From positions 12,782,698-12,846,697 of the forward strand of contig OZ037765.1 of NCBI GenBank assembly GCA_964035545.1: 64,000 nt of DNA, written 5' to 3'. Under the pieces are notes generated by a model. That model was not told the DNA's origin, searched no databases, and saw only the letters and a program-made list of their open reading frames with translations. This document shows positions 1 through 13,166 of the stretch, piece after piece (position 1 is the first letter of the stretch; every line of letters begins with the position of its first letter). The position numbers were made by a program, and so were the translations under genes. This stretch comes from Bugula neritina (Eukaryota > Animalia > Bryozoa).

Positions 1-807
1 TCATCAAAGTTGAACCCAGTAATTACACCATCAAGCCTAATGGTTAAACATTACTAGCCTTTAAGGGTGAGTGTAACTAATCAAGTTTAACATATGCTGT
101 AACTGTAAGTGTAAGTTAAATTCACCAATTTCATATCTTATTTATACAGCAGCTATGGTCATCAGCATGGATACTTATTTTGTATACATTTTCCATATTT
201 TAACAGTTTTATTGAATTTAATATTAAATTGACTTTCATTCTAGGTTCACTGCCAACCACAATGTGAAAGTAAATGTAACTGCAACTGAAAATCTATTAA
301 AAAGACATGTGCTAGATGAGTATAGCTTTTCATCTTGACTACCACTATTACTATTAGTATTATTTAGTCACTATATTTCACCTAGAAAGTTGGCAAACAG
401 CATTTCACAATATCAATAAAATTAAATATAATTATTATAATAGACCAGTATTATTAATAGTCATAGTGGTATTGATAAGCCTATATCTTCTGTTGCTTTG
501 AGTTTATCATACTGCTATCTAATACAGTAGTAATACTAATAGTAATATTGATATATTGATGGTCATTTATAAGTGGTACCAAATTGAGCACCTGCAAATT
601 GAAATTGAACTACATTGACATTGTCATTGTGATTGCCAAAATAATAATAATCTACTTATAACTTACTCTTACTCTTAGATCACTTTATTTAATCTTTTTA
701 AATGCGTATTAAATATAAATTGAGTTCAAATTTGACCTTTACTTTCTGTTGGTGAGTTGATATAAGTCATATAACACATTTAAAGACTGAAAGTTACACT
801 TACTCAC

Positions 808-861
808 ACTGTTGCTGTCACTGTCTGAGAACGCCCGTATTTTATCCCTGCTTGCAGGCAT
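808..861 (-). CDS. Possible first coding exon of an unidentified gene continuing beyond the left edge
   Basis: ATG at 861 reads MPASRDKIRAFSDSDSNS to a strong donor (AGT|GTGAGT, phase 0). An ETS-like CCAGGAAGT (~910-918) and CCAAT boxes lie upstream. No homology recognised. Confidence 0.3.
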
Positions 862-1894
862 ACAAACTGAAACTAGCACCACACATGAGACTGAGTAAAG
901 AGTTCGTAACTTCCTGGTATAAAGATGATAGCTATGACTAATTTATTTTTGTGCTACTGTACGGTGCATAATGATAATGACAAGAATAAGAGTGCAAGTG
1001 ATATGGTACCACTGATGTTACTTTATCTATTGAATGCTTGAAGTCGATGAATGGTCATAGAACTAAACAGCTGAGTACTTTGTGTGAACATTTTATCCAA
1101 TCAATACGCGTCTCACAGGCTAATACTGCAATCCTACTCGATGCTGAAGCAGAGCTTGAGATTTGTCCAATCAAAATGCAAGACTAAGGTCACTTCAGCA
1201 GAAACGGTGCACTATAATAATATTTTACCATTACTGTAGTCGAACATTGCTCTAGGTTACTGGTGTCCAATATAAGGCAAAATCTGCAACTTATGCCACA
1301 CGAAGCTAACAATAAAATGTAGTACAAGATTAGTAATTACATGCACTATTAAATAATTCCAATGCAATCTGAAGCCAGGTCAGATCAAATTTATATAAAG
1401 AAGCATTCTAATAAAAGCTAGTTGTAAGCTAATACTATAAGTTGAGCAAGTGTTACATAGCTCACACATGTGAGATGATCATTTCAACAGACACAAGATT
1501 TCGTTATCCACTAAAATAGAATATCAAGTTGGCTTCAAATTCTAAGTCACATTAGTAATTTTTAAATTAAAATTCAATCAATTTTGAAAAATAATTATTA
1601 AAAAACTTGGACTCAAGTATTGCTTCCTTGTTTCTTATGAAGGGAGAATTTTATTGCATTGAAAATAGCAAACACATGTTATGGTATTGTCATGTAATAA
1701 AAAGTTATGCTAAGTCATGTTACATGCAATTTGAAAAACTAAAAACCGCTTAAAAGGAAGTTAATGCTCAAAATATTCGCAGACAGATATGCAGTGTGAA
1801 AATACCATATTGATAATAAAATATAGTAGATTGTAGATATCTAAGTGAGTTAAAACAAGAAAGAAACCTGGAAAAGCAGTTGTTCTACACTAAC

Positions 1895-2025
1895 CTATCC
1901 TTAGCTACACGATGTGCACTCATAGAAGTTGTCCTCCTAACCCTTGCAGACTGCGAGGCAGTGTAAACAGACTCAACATCTGCGGAGGCAGAAATAGAAC
2001 GGTGCAACTTTCTCACCTTCTTCAT
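1895..2025 (-). CDS. Possible alternative first coding exon of the same left-edge gene
   Basis: ATG at 2025 reads MKKVRKLHRSISASADVESVYTASQSARVRRTTSMSAHRVAKD to AG|GTTAGT (phase 2); there is also an internal donor after MKK. An X-box lies ~140 nt upstream. No homology recognised. Confidence 0.25.
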
Positions 2026-2162
2026 GCTCCTACACTGCTTTAAATTTGATATACTGAACACCAACCACTACGTTAATGTTACACAAAGCAATGGCTCAAT
2101 GACTCATTGAAGTAATGGCTCCGACAGTGAAAATTTAGCTTGATTAATGTCATGCCAATGCC

Positions 2163-2176
2163 ATCACCATGGTAAC
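2163..2176 (-). promoter_or_regulatory. RFX X-box-like motif
   Basis: GTTACCATGGTGAT on the minus strand, close to the X-box consensus GTNRCC(N0-3)RGYAAC. Confidence 0.45.
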
Positions 2177-5100
2177 GACAGACTAATAAATATTGCCGTT
2201 GAAACTGTGCTGCATGCTTCTTACTAGAATTATACAGTTGGCGAGAGTTGTATAATATGCCTTCGCATTGCGGCAACTCATTAATATACCGCATGACCAA
2301 CGTATTGTAGTCAAACAGACAACATGCTTTACGATACTATTGTATTTTTACTAGAATCTCCGTTTTTAGAAATGATAATAGTATGCAGTAAATTGGAAAA
2401 AAAATAATGCAAAAAATAGTGATAGCATAACTGATAGTCATCACAGTAGAACATAGAGGTATTCTATCAAAAGCTAGATCAATTTTTTTATCTTTTCTAA
2501 ATATGCAAGTATTGAACCGCATTAATTTTATTCTCTCAGGTAAGTTGCATCTCATTTTATGTAGAAAATAGCTGGTAATTTTGATATTTTTAGCAGCATG
2601 TAATTTTATAAATACAGAACACAGACTGGAAAGTAAAGTTTCAAGTCTGAAATGTGAAAGTTAGTTGGAAAGTAAACCTCAATCCGAGTCTTCATAGTAT
2701 AGCGTTTTGTAAGATACACAACTCCTTACTAACTGGTTTAACAGTTATATTTCAACTAATGCTAATTATTCCTGTTTTTAAACATACATGCAACCTGTAT
2801 GTGTGCAGTAGCTTGTATATTATATTATTTTAAGTCCCTTTCCTAATTGATCCATTCAACAATGAAGTTTAATCATGTTTTTGGCGGGATAACTCGATGT
2901 TTTCACTTTATGGAATGTAACTATGAATACTCTTGATATGTTTAATTAGACAGATTTACTATTATATCCAAAACTTGATTTCTCATTTCAATTACATCTA
3001 TTGGCCAAAAATTGTAACCAGATCAAAGTCATGTAATACTATATTACCGTGCGACTCTAGCTGAAACTGAATTGGAAAGTAACAAATATTAAAAGTAAAC
3101 ATTTTTATCTACAAAAATTTTTTTTAATACTAATATGTTTCAAAACTGTTTCAACTTCTATTCATTTGGTAACCAATAACTTTCAATATCTAGTCTCGTA
3201 ACTGTAAGATAAATCAAGTTCATGTTTTTCAAATGGCCATCAGAAGTTGCCTTGCAGCCTTGCTTATAAGTTGTCAAAGAAGTTTAACTTTTTGCCTGCA
3301 TCAGTTGAAGACAGTAGCTAGACACCATAAATGATGGTTTCAACTTTTAATGATGGAATTTAAAGTTGGCACTAGAATATATGCATTAGGAGTTCAATAT
3401 AAAGTGAAAGTATGCTAACAACTCATTTTTTGCCCGAATTGCATTTGCGCAGTTACAATAGGCAAAAAAATTATGTTAGCTAGAATGAGTATGAATATGT
3501 TAAATATATATTTAAAGACATGATATAAATAATTTTTTATGAAATAATTACTTAAAATTTGCAATGTAAATGCATGTATTTTTATCATTAATTAGCATCA
3601 ATAATTAGTACCAATTGTTATATACTAATGTTTTTAAAATTCAAAAAAGGAATCTGAAATAATGGCAAGAATAACTTACAGAGAAATATCTACCATAGAA
3701 CCCCATTGGTCATCCATAATTGTGTCAAACACTCCTAATAATTCCGAGCAAAAACAAACTGCATCAAGTGAACATAAATAGCTTGTAGTATGATGAAGAC
3801 TACACTTTGTAATGGTATGATTTGAAAAAACAAATTAAGTTCAATTTCTTCAGGTTATGCACTAGGTCGATATAATGACTGATTACAGAATAATAGTAGA
3901 AAACAATAAACCTTATATGGTGCCATTGTTATTTCATTGATCTACCTAATATTCCACCATTAAATCAATCTGGCTTATACTACTCAATTACTTGTATGCC
4001 AAGTGTTATATAAACTTGAAACAATAACATCATTGTAATAGTTTCTTGCAATGTAAGCAAGTAATTACACATTAGGTAGAGGTTCCAAATAGAAATGTTT
4101 GAGTCTATTAGACAGTACTCAGATTCTCAGATACTAATTATCACACTATAATTCTTCATCTATATTCTATTACATCAGTTGTACATGTCAGTAATCTTAG
4201 ATTGAGAACTCTAATATGCTCTATTACAATAGTATTATTATCTAAGAGCTTCGACATCCATTGTATTAAGTATTAATATTATATTTTTCAATAAATCATT
4301 GATAGAATGTAATAGTAATTTTGATAAAATAAACTGACTATACTAAATTAAAAAGGAATTCTGCCAAAAAAAAAGTTTTATTGAAGATATGCTATAAAAC
4401 CATTAGAAAATTTAATTAAACTCCAATCTTACTGTTCATGTTTGGATAAATTCTAAAATTACAATGCAAACTGAATTTAAAATGGAAGAGCTTCATTGCA
4501 ATGTTCTCAGACCAAATTTCAAAATCTGTTAATATTTCTTTGAACAATCAGTTGGCTGGAAGACTTTCAGGTTTTTTTTTAGAGTTTATAAGCCAATAAC
4601 ATTTTCTTCAAGTTAGGCAGCTAAACTAGTTATTTTCTTACTATAATAACTATAAATCTATAACAGTATCTATTGGTTTTTGCAGTTGTATGTTAACTTG
4701 TATACCAGAAGAGTTGAATGGAATGAAGCACTTTAAACAATCCAAATCACTCACACAAAACTTAGACTAGATGTTGCAATATAGTATTCTATAGAAAGAA
4801 TGCACCTTATACCCTAAAATGGCTAATACAATAATATTGAACAGTAGGCTTAGGCTTGGTTTATGTAGACTGCAGCATAACATAGTAGAATAGGCAACTA
4901 AATACACAAAAAACTTATTATATTCAAAATACTATAAAATCTTGCAATGTTCATGCCCTGACTTACTGAATCAATAAAATATATACTTCGCTTAAATTCA
5001 TTTTCATTTAATACACTTTTGAGTTTAAATTTCTAAAGTTTGGAAAAAAACTAAAAGTACACTCAATTTTTTAATAAATTATCAGCGGAAGCAATAAAGA

Positions 5101-5759
5101 ACCCAAAAGTATAAGAGTCGCCTCAAAGCAGACAAAATGGGAGATAAATCCAATGCAATAACTTGTACCATTTGCTGAACATGGTAAGAAAACTCCAAAG
5201 TACACTAAGTAGAAATAGCAGTTGCAAAGTGTAGCTGTAGAACCAGACACTGAACAATTTGAATATATATGCTGTAGAGTGAATGGCAGAAAATAATGAA
5301 GTGGGTTTGCATCATAGCTAGAAGCTACTGAGATATTATAAAGATGGAACAAAGGATATTATTAAAAGGCTACAACCATGGCATGCCCAACCAGCTACGT
5401 CTATATCGTTTCAAGCATAATTAGAGATTAAAACTCAATATCAGACTGTAAAGATAGACTGGAAAAAGACAAATGATGGTACAGATTAAACTCTCATGAC
5501 AGAAAGTTGATTTCAGGGTAGTGGGTTATAACTAAGCAATCCAACATTATCATATACTGGGAAGAGAGTGAGTGCTGAGCCAGGAGGCCGACACCCCATG
5601 GACTACTCTTGCTGTATAAATGAGAAAAGCTCATAGCACTACGTAACTTTCTCACCAGAAGCCAATAATAGCCAAAAAAGTTCAACCTCTCAAGTTGGGC
5701 AGCACCTGATACTTAGTCTGGACTAATTGGTGGAGTTTCTGATGAGCTCAACAAGTTCG

Positions 5760-5855
5760 AATTGGGGGTTTCAATAAACCCCAACTCCAAGTGCAAAAAC
5801 TCCAAACTACTGCACTCAATCACCCCCAACTCGGAGCTGTTTATAGAACAATTCG
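5760..5855. mobile_element. Partial copy of MITE family A
   Basis: CCAAACTACTGCACTCAATCACCCCCAACTCGGAGCTGTTTATAGAACAATTCG matches the right arm of the element at 14572-14694. Confidence 0.7.
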
Positions 5856-8343
5856 ATTTCACGGCTGATTTATTAGAACATGTTCTTTACAAACATAAAA
5901 CATCTATAACATGCATCATACAAAATCAATACATTTAATGATTACAGGCTTAAGATAGTTATTCATACTTCGAAAATATATTTGGTGGTTTATAGAGTTG
6001 CCTTACCATAGTAATTAGTGTGCAATTAGAAACATTGTTTGTGCTGAAGAATGGACAAGCCTTACAACAACTATTTACATAAATGGAGTTAATGTTAGCA
6101 GGTTATACTAAGCAATGAATATTAAATATTGAATATTTATTTGTTAGGATATATCATATATGGTCATGATGAGGAGTCTCATCACAAATTTTGTAATAGA
6201 ATATTTTCAGTATGACTGCTGTTTGTATTATGTAAGGCTCATATAACTTTTGAAGTGGCATTGAGCACCTTGACTTAAATTTGCACATCTTTTAAGCATG
6301 CGTATGACGTCAGAATAGTCATTTATGCTTTTGTGAATATATATACACCCCTGATTGAGAAATACTAAAACATAAAAACTGGGAAAAGTCAAAAACTTTT
6401 ATCAGAGTAACTTAACTTGAGTCTCCGAGTTTTCAGCTGTATGTTATGTTTAGAACTCAACTATTAAATAAATCTTTTTAATTTATTTTTTATCTGTTCC
6501 ATTATAATTTTTTGTTTAATCAAATAATATAATATCAATGCACTTATTTATAATAACTATAGTTTGAACATAGTCTAGCTAAGCTATTTGCTATCATTAC
6601 AGTAGCAGTTTAGTAATTGAGCTGTTACAGTATGAATTTTCCCATAGCCACTGTACCAACATGTAATAACCATGCAGGAAAACAGGACACAAGACCAACA
6701 GGTTTTATAAGAATGGCTTCAGTGCATAAATGTGTATGTATAGATGTGGAATTTTGTAAATTCATGATATTAAAAAGGTTTGCAAATCACAAACAATACA
6801 CCTTAGAAATGTAAAAGAAGGCTGTATTTAAACCTGCTTTGTAAAGTATGCTGCTAAGTCAAATAGTTTTATTTTTTGTTTTAAACTGGTGAACTATAGA
6901 CTATAGAGTATAGAGTATTACTCTACATACCTAACAACAACCAATACAAAGGAAGATGTGTGAATATGAACTCAATGTGCTGCTATAACTTTGCTAAAAT
7001 TATGAATGTAAATTAAAGGACTATTTCTCTGTAGATTTCATTTTACTGGCATATGCATTAATAATTGTAGGTTCACATAATTATTTTCAACTCTGCATGG
7101 CTACACACTTTGCTATGTTATGTAAAGTACTGTGCCAATGTAATGCTCTGCAGTCTCAAAACATCTCTAGAGTAAGATAGAACTTGAACTTCTCCAATTA
7201 TACTTTTGATAATAAAAACAATAAAAAAATTGCTTTCTAATTTTGCATCTTAAGACATTTGGCTTCAGCAACAATAATAATTACAAATGACGTGCATCAG
7301 TATATTGAATTTTGCTTTTAGCTACTCAAAAAAGCTCAAGTAACTGGCTGCATGTGCTACTTTAAAATATTTATGTGATCATGGAAATTGCTATGTAGGT
7401 GTTGCAATAACACTGGCGTTTAGCAACAGGATAATGTTGCTTCTTTAATGCATCTCTTGAGATATGTTGCCTTAGTTTCAGTTTCCTATAATATTAATCA
7501 AAAGGAATGTTTCTTGCATACAATTAGCTAGCAATAATCAATACAGGCCATGCTAAACCAACATTTGGTTTCGTGCAGCCTACAATCATGAAATGCTGAT
7601 TAAATCCATTGATTTTCTTATTAGCTTTCAGTTTTACTACTTACAGCTGTTATTACAATTATTGTATATTCAAGTTGTATTTTTAATCAATATTTCATTA
7701 GAGTTTAATAAATACACGCTTTGTATTTCAATATAATGCTAAAGTGTAGCTTTTAAATATTCAACTTTTAATATTATACTTGTAGTGCGCAATCAACTGA
7801 CCTGAATGCATTATATTTAGAAATTATAAAATATTATATTATTTAGCCAGATGTACATAAGAAACTTGTATGTTTGGCACTACTGCTTATTATTTTCATC
7901 AATCAAATACATATTTTGTTAAAACGTGAATTAGTGTATAAGGATAAAAAAAAATATATATGCAATCACTAATGAATGTAATGCATACACAATTTGTACA
8001 ACGATCAATAGTTATATAGCCAGTATGTGAATAGATTGTAAGACATGATAATATCTAAGAATAGTATTGTTAACATAACCATAGCATGCAATCTCCATTG
8101 GGTTTGGCTTGGACGGAATAATAAAAATATCTATGACATTATTCATTACTGTCTAAATACTACAGTATACATGCTTATTAGATTTATCATTTGGTCCATA
8201 ATATTAGCTATGGAAGCAATGTATCAAGACAAAAAACTATTGTCACAAATGAGGAAAAATAAAATCATTAAAAACATAGTAAAAATGTATTTACCTCATG
8301 AGCAATAGATACTTGACCTATAAAATAATAACTCAGACTATGT

Positions 8344-9969
8344 CTACATTGTGGAGCCTATTTGTGGTAGCTTTGTGTGGGTGTTGAATGCTAGATCATC
8401 GCTTAATGGAGGAATTTTACCTCTATTATTGGCACTTGATGACCCGGATATCTTACTGACAACAGCTCGAGTGGCTGATCCCCGTCTAGCAACTGGCTGG
8501 CTGCTATCTTCTCCCTGATTTTTTGGTAAACGACGACGTAACCATGCGTGACGAAGCGCTTGCGAAGGCGTCATTCTAGTAGCCGGATCCCATTCCATAC
8601 AGCGTCTCATGAAATCAAGAAACAGGGGATCATCACATCCCTTCAATGCCGTCACAAGCTGTTTTGATCCAGGAGCTCCTCTAATCTTGCCTCTTCTCGA
8701 CCGTCCTCCTTGCAAAATTGTTGAGCCATCGGGCAACGATGACATGGTACAATAACGAGGATAACCTTTCGATGTTATGAAATTGCGAGTTCTTTTAGAA
8801 GAGTCAAGTAATTTTTGTGGAGGCATACCTAGGAGCTCAATGATGGTCGCTAGTTGATCACCTTCATCTTCTCCAGGGAACAACGGGTAGCCTGTAAGCA
8901 GCTCAGCTAGAATGCAGCCTAAACTCCACATATCAATGGGCATGCCGTACTTGGCACCTAGTATAACTTCTGGAGCTCTATAAAATCTTGATTGTATATA
9001 TGTGTATATCCGTTGATGCTCATAGCAACTAGAACCGAAATCTATGACTTTAATCCCACTGCGGCCCTGCTGTTTTAGCAAAATATTTTCTGGTTTTAGA
9101 TCACAGTGAATAATCTTATTCTTGAACAATGCATCGAGACATTGCAGAATAGAATGAGCAAATTTTCTAACTAAGGGCAAACTAAACCCTTGAAACTTGT
9201 TCTTTTTGATTAGTTCATAGAGATTCATTGATAAGAGCTCAAATGTGATGCAAATATGGTTGCGGAAGTTTAGGTTTTCATACACATGTATCACATTCAT
9301 GGTGTTGTCTTTATCTTGCTTTCGCAGATGTTCAAGAATTCGAATTTCTTCTTGAGCCTGTCGATGAAATCTTTTCTCGTTTCGAACCATTTTTAGAGCA
9401 ACATGTTGATGTAGTTTGTGGTCATACGCTTTTACAACCTGGCCAAAGCTTCCTTTTCCTATCACCTTCAACACTTCATATCGATACGCTATATGATCAT
9501 GAGGTGTATGGTGGTAGGAGCCATTTTCATCATCATAGCCACTATTACTTGGACCTCCAACGACCCCTTGCCTTTTCTTAGCATTTTGTCCAACAAAATA
9601 TATATTAGGATAGCTGAATATTTCATGGTGCTCGAAAGAAGACAGTTTATGCATGTACTGCTTCATGGCTGCCTCGGGGGTCATAGAAGCTCTTTTACCT
9701 ACTGCAGAGCTTTTCTGACTGGCGCTGCCTCTATCACTGTCTTGACGAGTGATGGCAGCTCTCTCAATGCTATGCAAGCTGGTATTCTTAGCATTGCTAG
9801 CTGCTCCTGCAACAGATCCAATGGTGTGATGATGAGCAATGTGACTCTTGTCTTCGTACAGCTGCTGCACTTTAATACTTTGATTGCTTTCCTGAGACCC
9901 AACACCAAGCATTTTTGTGGTTGGTTGGTGTTTCAATGGAGGTAAATGATGTGACTGGTGTGTGTCCAT
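8344..9969 (-). CDS. DYRK2: Dual-specificity tyrosine-phosphorylation-regulated kinase, class 2 (DYRK2/3-type), 541 aa, uninterrupted CDS
   Basis: DH box (GYDDENGSY), [26 protein letters not shown], activation loop [13 protein letters not shown], and NAPA-type N-terminal region ([25 protein letters not shown]). Confidence 0.95.
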   Translation of the reverse strand: MDTHQSHHLPPLKHQPTTKMLGVGSQESNQSIKVQQLYEDKSHIAHHHTIGSVAGAASNAKNTSLHSIERAAITRQDSDRGSASQKSSAVGKRASMTPEAAMKQYMHKLSSFEHHEIFSYPNIYFVGQNAKKRQGVVGGPSNSGYDDENGSYHHTPHDHIAYRYEVLKVIGKGSFGQVVKAYDHKLHQHVALKMVRNEKRFHRQAQEEIRILEHLRKQDKDNTMNVIHVYENLNFRNHICITFELLSMNLYELIKKNKFQGFSLPLVRKFAHSILQCLDALFKNKIIHCDLKPENILLKQQGRSGIKVIDFGSSCYEHQRIYTYIQSRFYRAPEVILGAKYGMPIDMWSLGCILAELLTGYPLFPGEDEGDQLATIIELLGMPPQKLLDSSKRTRNFITSKGYPRYCTMSSLPDGSTILQGGRSRRGKIRGAPGSKQLVTALKGCDDPLFLDFMRRCMEWDPATRMTPSQALRHAWLRRRLPKNQGEDSSQPVARRGSATRAVVSKISGSSSANNRGKIPPLSDDLAFNTHTKLPQIGSTM

Positions 9970-10516
9970 AATCTATTCTATAACAAAGAAATCTATATAA
10001 AATATTAGGCAATATTATCATTTTACACCTAACATAATAATTATACTAAGATATGCATGTATTTTTTCAATTGGACTCATGATAATTTGACAACAAAAAA
10101 TTCAGACTTGCCTGCAAAATTTTAAATGATAAAAATACTGGCAGTTGAAACAATGAATAATCTGATGCCTAGGTCCAAAAATTCAAACATATTTTACCAG
10201 ATAGGCTTTTAATAAAAAGTGATGTAAAGGTGTAATGATAACCATAAAATACATGTAACTAATGTGGATAAAGATATTTCAGATTTTAGATTATAAACTT
10301 GACTTACTAGTTAAACTCATCAGGACTGTATTGCGTTGCAATCTGTATTCACTTGAGAGAGGCAAATCAAATACAGAAAGTCTACAAGCAAACAATTTGA
10401 GCTTTGAGTGCAACAAGGACAAATTATTATTTCTAAAAAACAATACATTTAGAATATAAAAACATAAAGTAACATTATACATAATGTTAGTGAGACTAAA
10501 ATATCATAAAACTCAC

Positions 10517-10560
10517 CAGGTTTTTTATGTTGCCCTTGACGCTTTAAAGTAACTGTCTTA
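10517..10560 (-). other. Predicted 5'UTR exon of DYRK2
   Basis: Flanked by TTTTAG| acceptor and CTG|GTGAGT donor. A further donor (CAG|GTAAAT) at 12167/12166 would end exon 1. Confidence 0.5.
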
Positions 10561-12169
10561 CTAAAATATAAACGATACAATTGAGATATGCAATATATTT
10601 ACTAATTAGATTAGAAAATGCTAGCCCCTGTTATTTATAACAAATACAAAAAAGTTGCTAATTAAATTTGGTTTACGCCAACATCAGGATTAAGATGATC
10701 AATAACTCAACAAAGTTTATGTAGAAAAGCTTCAAAAATATACGAAAACAAAATTACAAAAAATTTAATTTAAAAAAAGCCAAACATGTACCTAGTCATT
10801 ATTCATGTACCTATTTCATTATCATTAACTTAGGAAACAACTTTTTTGTTACAGATGTTTCAGAACTGCAAGCAGACGACATTAACTTTTGAGTTTTATT
10901 AAAAAAATATTCAGTATTTGTTTCATTGCTCTTTAAAGACATGAGTTGCTATTTTTTATTTGAAGTAATATCAATTCAAAGTTGATAAAAAAATTTATAA
11001 AATGCAGGTATTTTTCTTTTAATAGTTTCCTGTGATAAATAACAATTGACTTTTTAAAACTCACAACTTGTCTATAAGGATGCAATCACACATATAGTTA
11101 TCATTGATTTCTAGCTTGAGATAACACCGGGCCACAAGTAACCAATGGTAAACTTAATTTTTAGCTATTTAGGTGAAAGTTACAGTCATTTCGTCGATGA
11201 AAACCTGGCTAAAAATTATTTGGTTTGGAGGTCAACCTTAAACCACAAACATCAAACAAAATGACTGTTTACTGTTCCTTTGAAACTTATGAATAGCTAT
11301 AGATTACCATCAAAATCATATATCATATAGAGTTATAGCAGCAACACCAAATAATAATCAAACGTCAGATAAGTATTTAACATTGTTGGTAATTTAGTTC
11401 ATTCAATTGAGCCTTAAAATCCCTATAACATACACCATAAAATATATAGCAAAGCAATTACAAATATGATCTTCATTTATTACTGATTCCAGGAATCATT
11501 CATTTAGATTCTAAGCTATTACTAGACTGACCACGTTCAGTTATTGACTTATTGTTATTCACTCAATAATCATAATGTAAATGTAAATGTTATTGATCTG
11601 TTGCTTACATTCCCACTTATAGTTATATTGTTTTTAACTGTATCCAGATTGAAATTGCAATCTACAATTAGAATTATAAATACTAAAATAGTACTATTTG
11701 ACTCTGCATCTGAAAAAAGATTAGTAATGTGATAATTATATAAGCTTAAATTAAAAAGTCCTCCACTCTCAGTCTCACTATCATTATCAGTGACCATTAT
11801 ACTCAGTATCACAATCACTATGAATATGACTATCACTATGACTATACATGTGCCAAAGATTAAACTTATCAAGTTTTAGTTTTAACAATCAATACTCTAA
11901 TTACAACTAAACATATGATCAGTAGTTTTTACACAGATTAAAATTTTCAGAGTTACGCTTAACTACCAGTCTTTTTATCGATATGAGTATAACTATCAGT
12001 ATCACAATCACAATGACTATGAAATTGAGTATTCATTTTCAACATCAACATGAAGTCATGAACATTTTCAAGTTGAGTTAAACGTTAGAAATAAATTAAA
12101 AGAGAAATAATTCATATTTTGAGTAAACTATTGCCATTACCACTGTAGCTAAAACTTCGTATTTACCTG

Positions 12170-12350
12170 CATAAAATCATTGATAGACATTCATTTAGTT
12201 TTACAAAATCATTAAATAACAATTATTTTCTATCATGGTTACCAATGTAATCATTCAGTTGATGTATTATAACATTGTTAAGTTTGCCCAATCATAGTGC
12301 GTTTTAGTCCGTTGCTTGGCAATGGGCTGTACACAACCTTAAACCCTAAA
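12170..12350. promoter_or_regulatory. Probable bidirectional promoter for DYRK2 (-) and CCDC24 (+) with X-box-like motif
   Basis: Head-to-head gene arrangement; GTTGCTTGGCAAT at 12311-12323; CCAAT motifs nearby. Confidence 0.45.
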
Positions 12351-13166
12351 TTTTGAAATGAAATTATAATTTTTTTTTAAAATTGTAAATTATTTTAAAT
12401 TTATAAATATAATTTTTTATTAAATACTATAATTGCAACTTGTTGCTTCTTGCTCTTTAGTATGGAAGTCGTTAAACGACTACTATCCCCATAGCAAATG
12501 TTAAATAAAACTCAGGGCTACTTGGTGTGATCAATTCAGAGCCTGTGAATTTAACTTTAAAAGATGTGTGCTACTTTTCACCACAGTTATCAATGTTAAA
12601 TTATATTCTATAAACCATTGATAATTTTTAAAAATCTTTACCATAAAATTTTAGATGTAGATTTGACATTTTAATTTTTAAACAACACAGGTAGCTACTA
12701 TTACTATTAGTATTAGTATTTCACTTTCAGTATTTGAGTTTGAGTTTGAAGACGTAGTTCAAGTTGGTGAATAATTATAATAATAATGACAATAATAGTG
12801 ATAATTGACCTCTAACATAAATAATTTATCTTTGACTATTACTGCTAATAATAATAATTGCAAAGTTTTTATTAAACACTTCTATGACTATTTTTTAATT
12901 AAAGCTGAAAAAACAGTCTAACTGTAAGCCTATTTTTAGATTTCAGTTTGAGATTGATGATTGTCATTGTGATTGTGAAATATTGTGTCATATAGAAAAA
13001 TGGTTTTATTTAAAAATTTTTAAGCATGTAATTGTAGATACAATATATATGTATAAAAAGGCTTTTTTAATTCAAAAAAAATATTGTTTTTGTTGGTCAG
13101 TGCTCAGTGTTGTTATGTGACTTCTAGCATTTAGTTTTTATGTTTACTTAATATTTCTAAAGGGCT

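Noticed and set aside
2300-8300. Short ORFs and possible TE remnants (e.g. 5071-5700)
   Set aside because: No recognisable domain or consistent splice structure; probably DYRK2 3'UTR and intergenic DNA.
9418-9945. 175-aa plus-strand ORF antisense to DYRK2
   Set aside because: Shadow ORF with a GTG start, no recognisable motifs, and fully overlapping a conserved kinase CDS.
11544-11872. Hydrophobic Ile/Val-rich ORFs that look like membrane proteins
   Set aside because: Artefacts of the periodic low-complexity tract.
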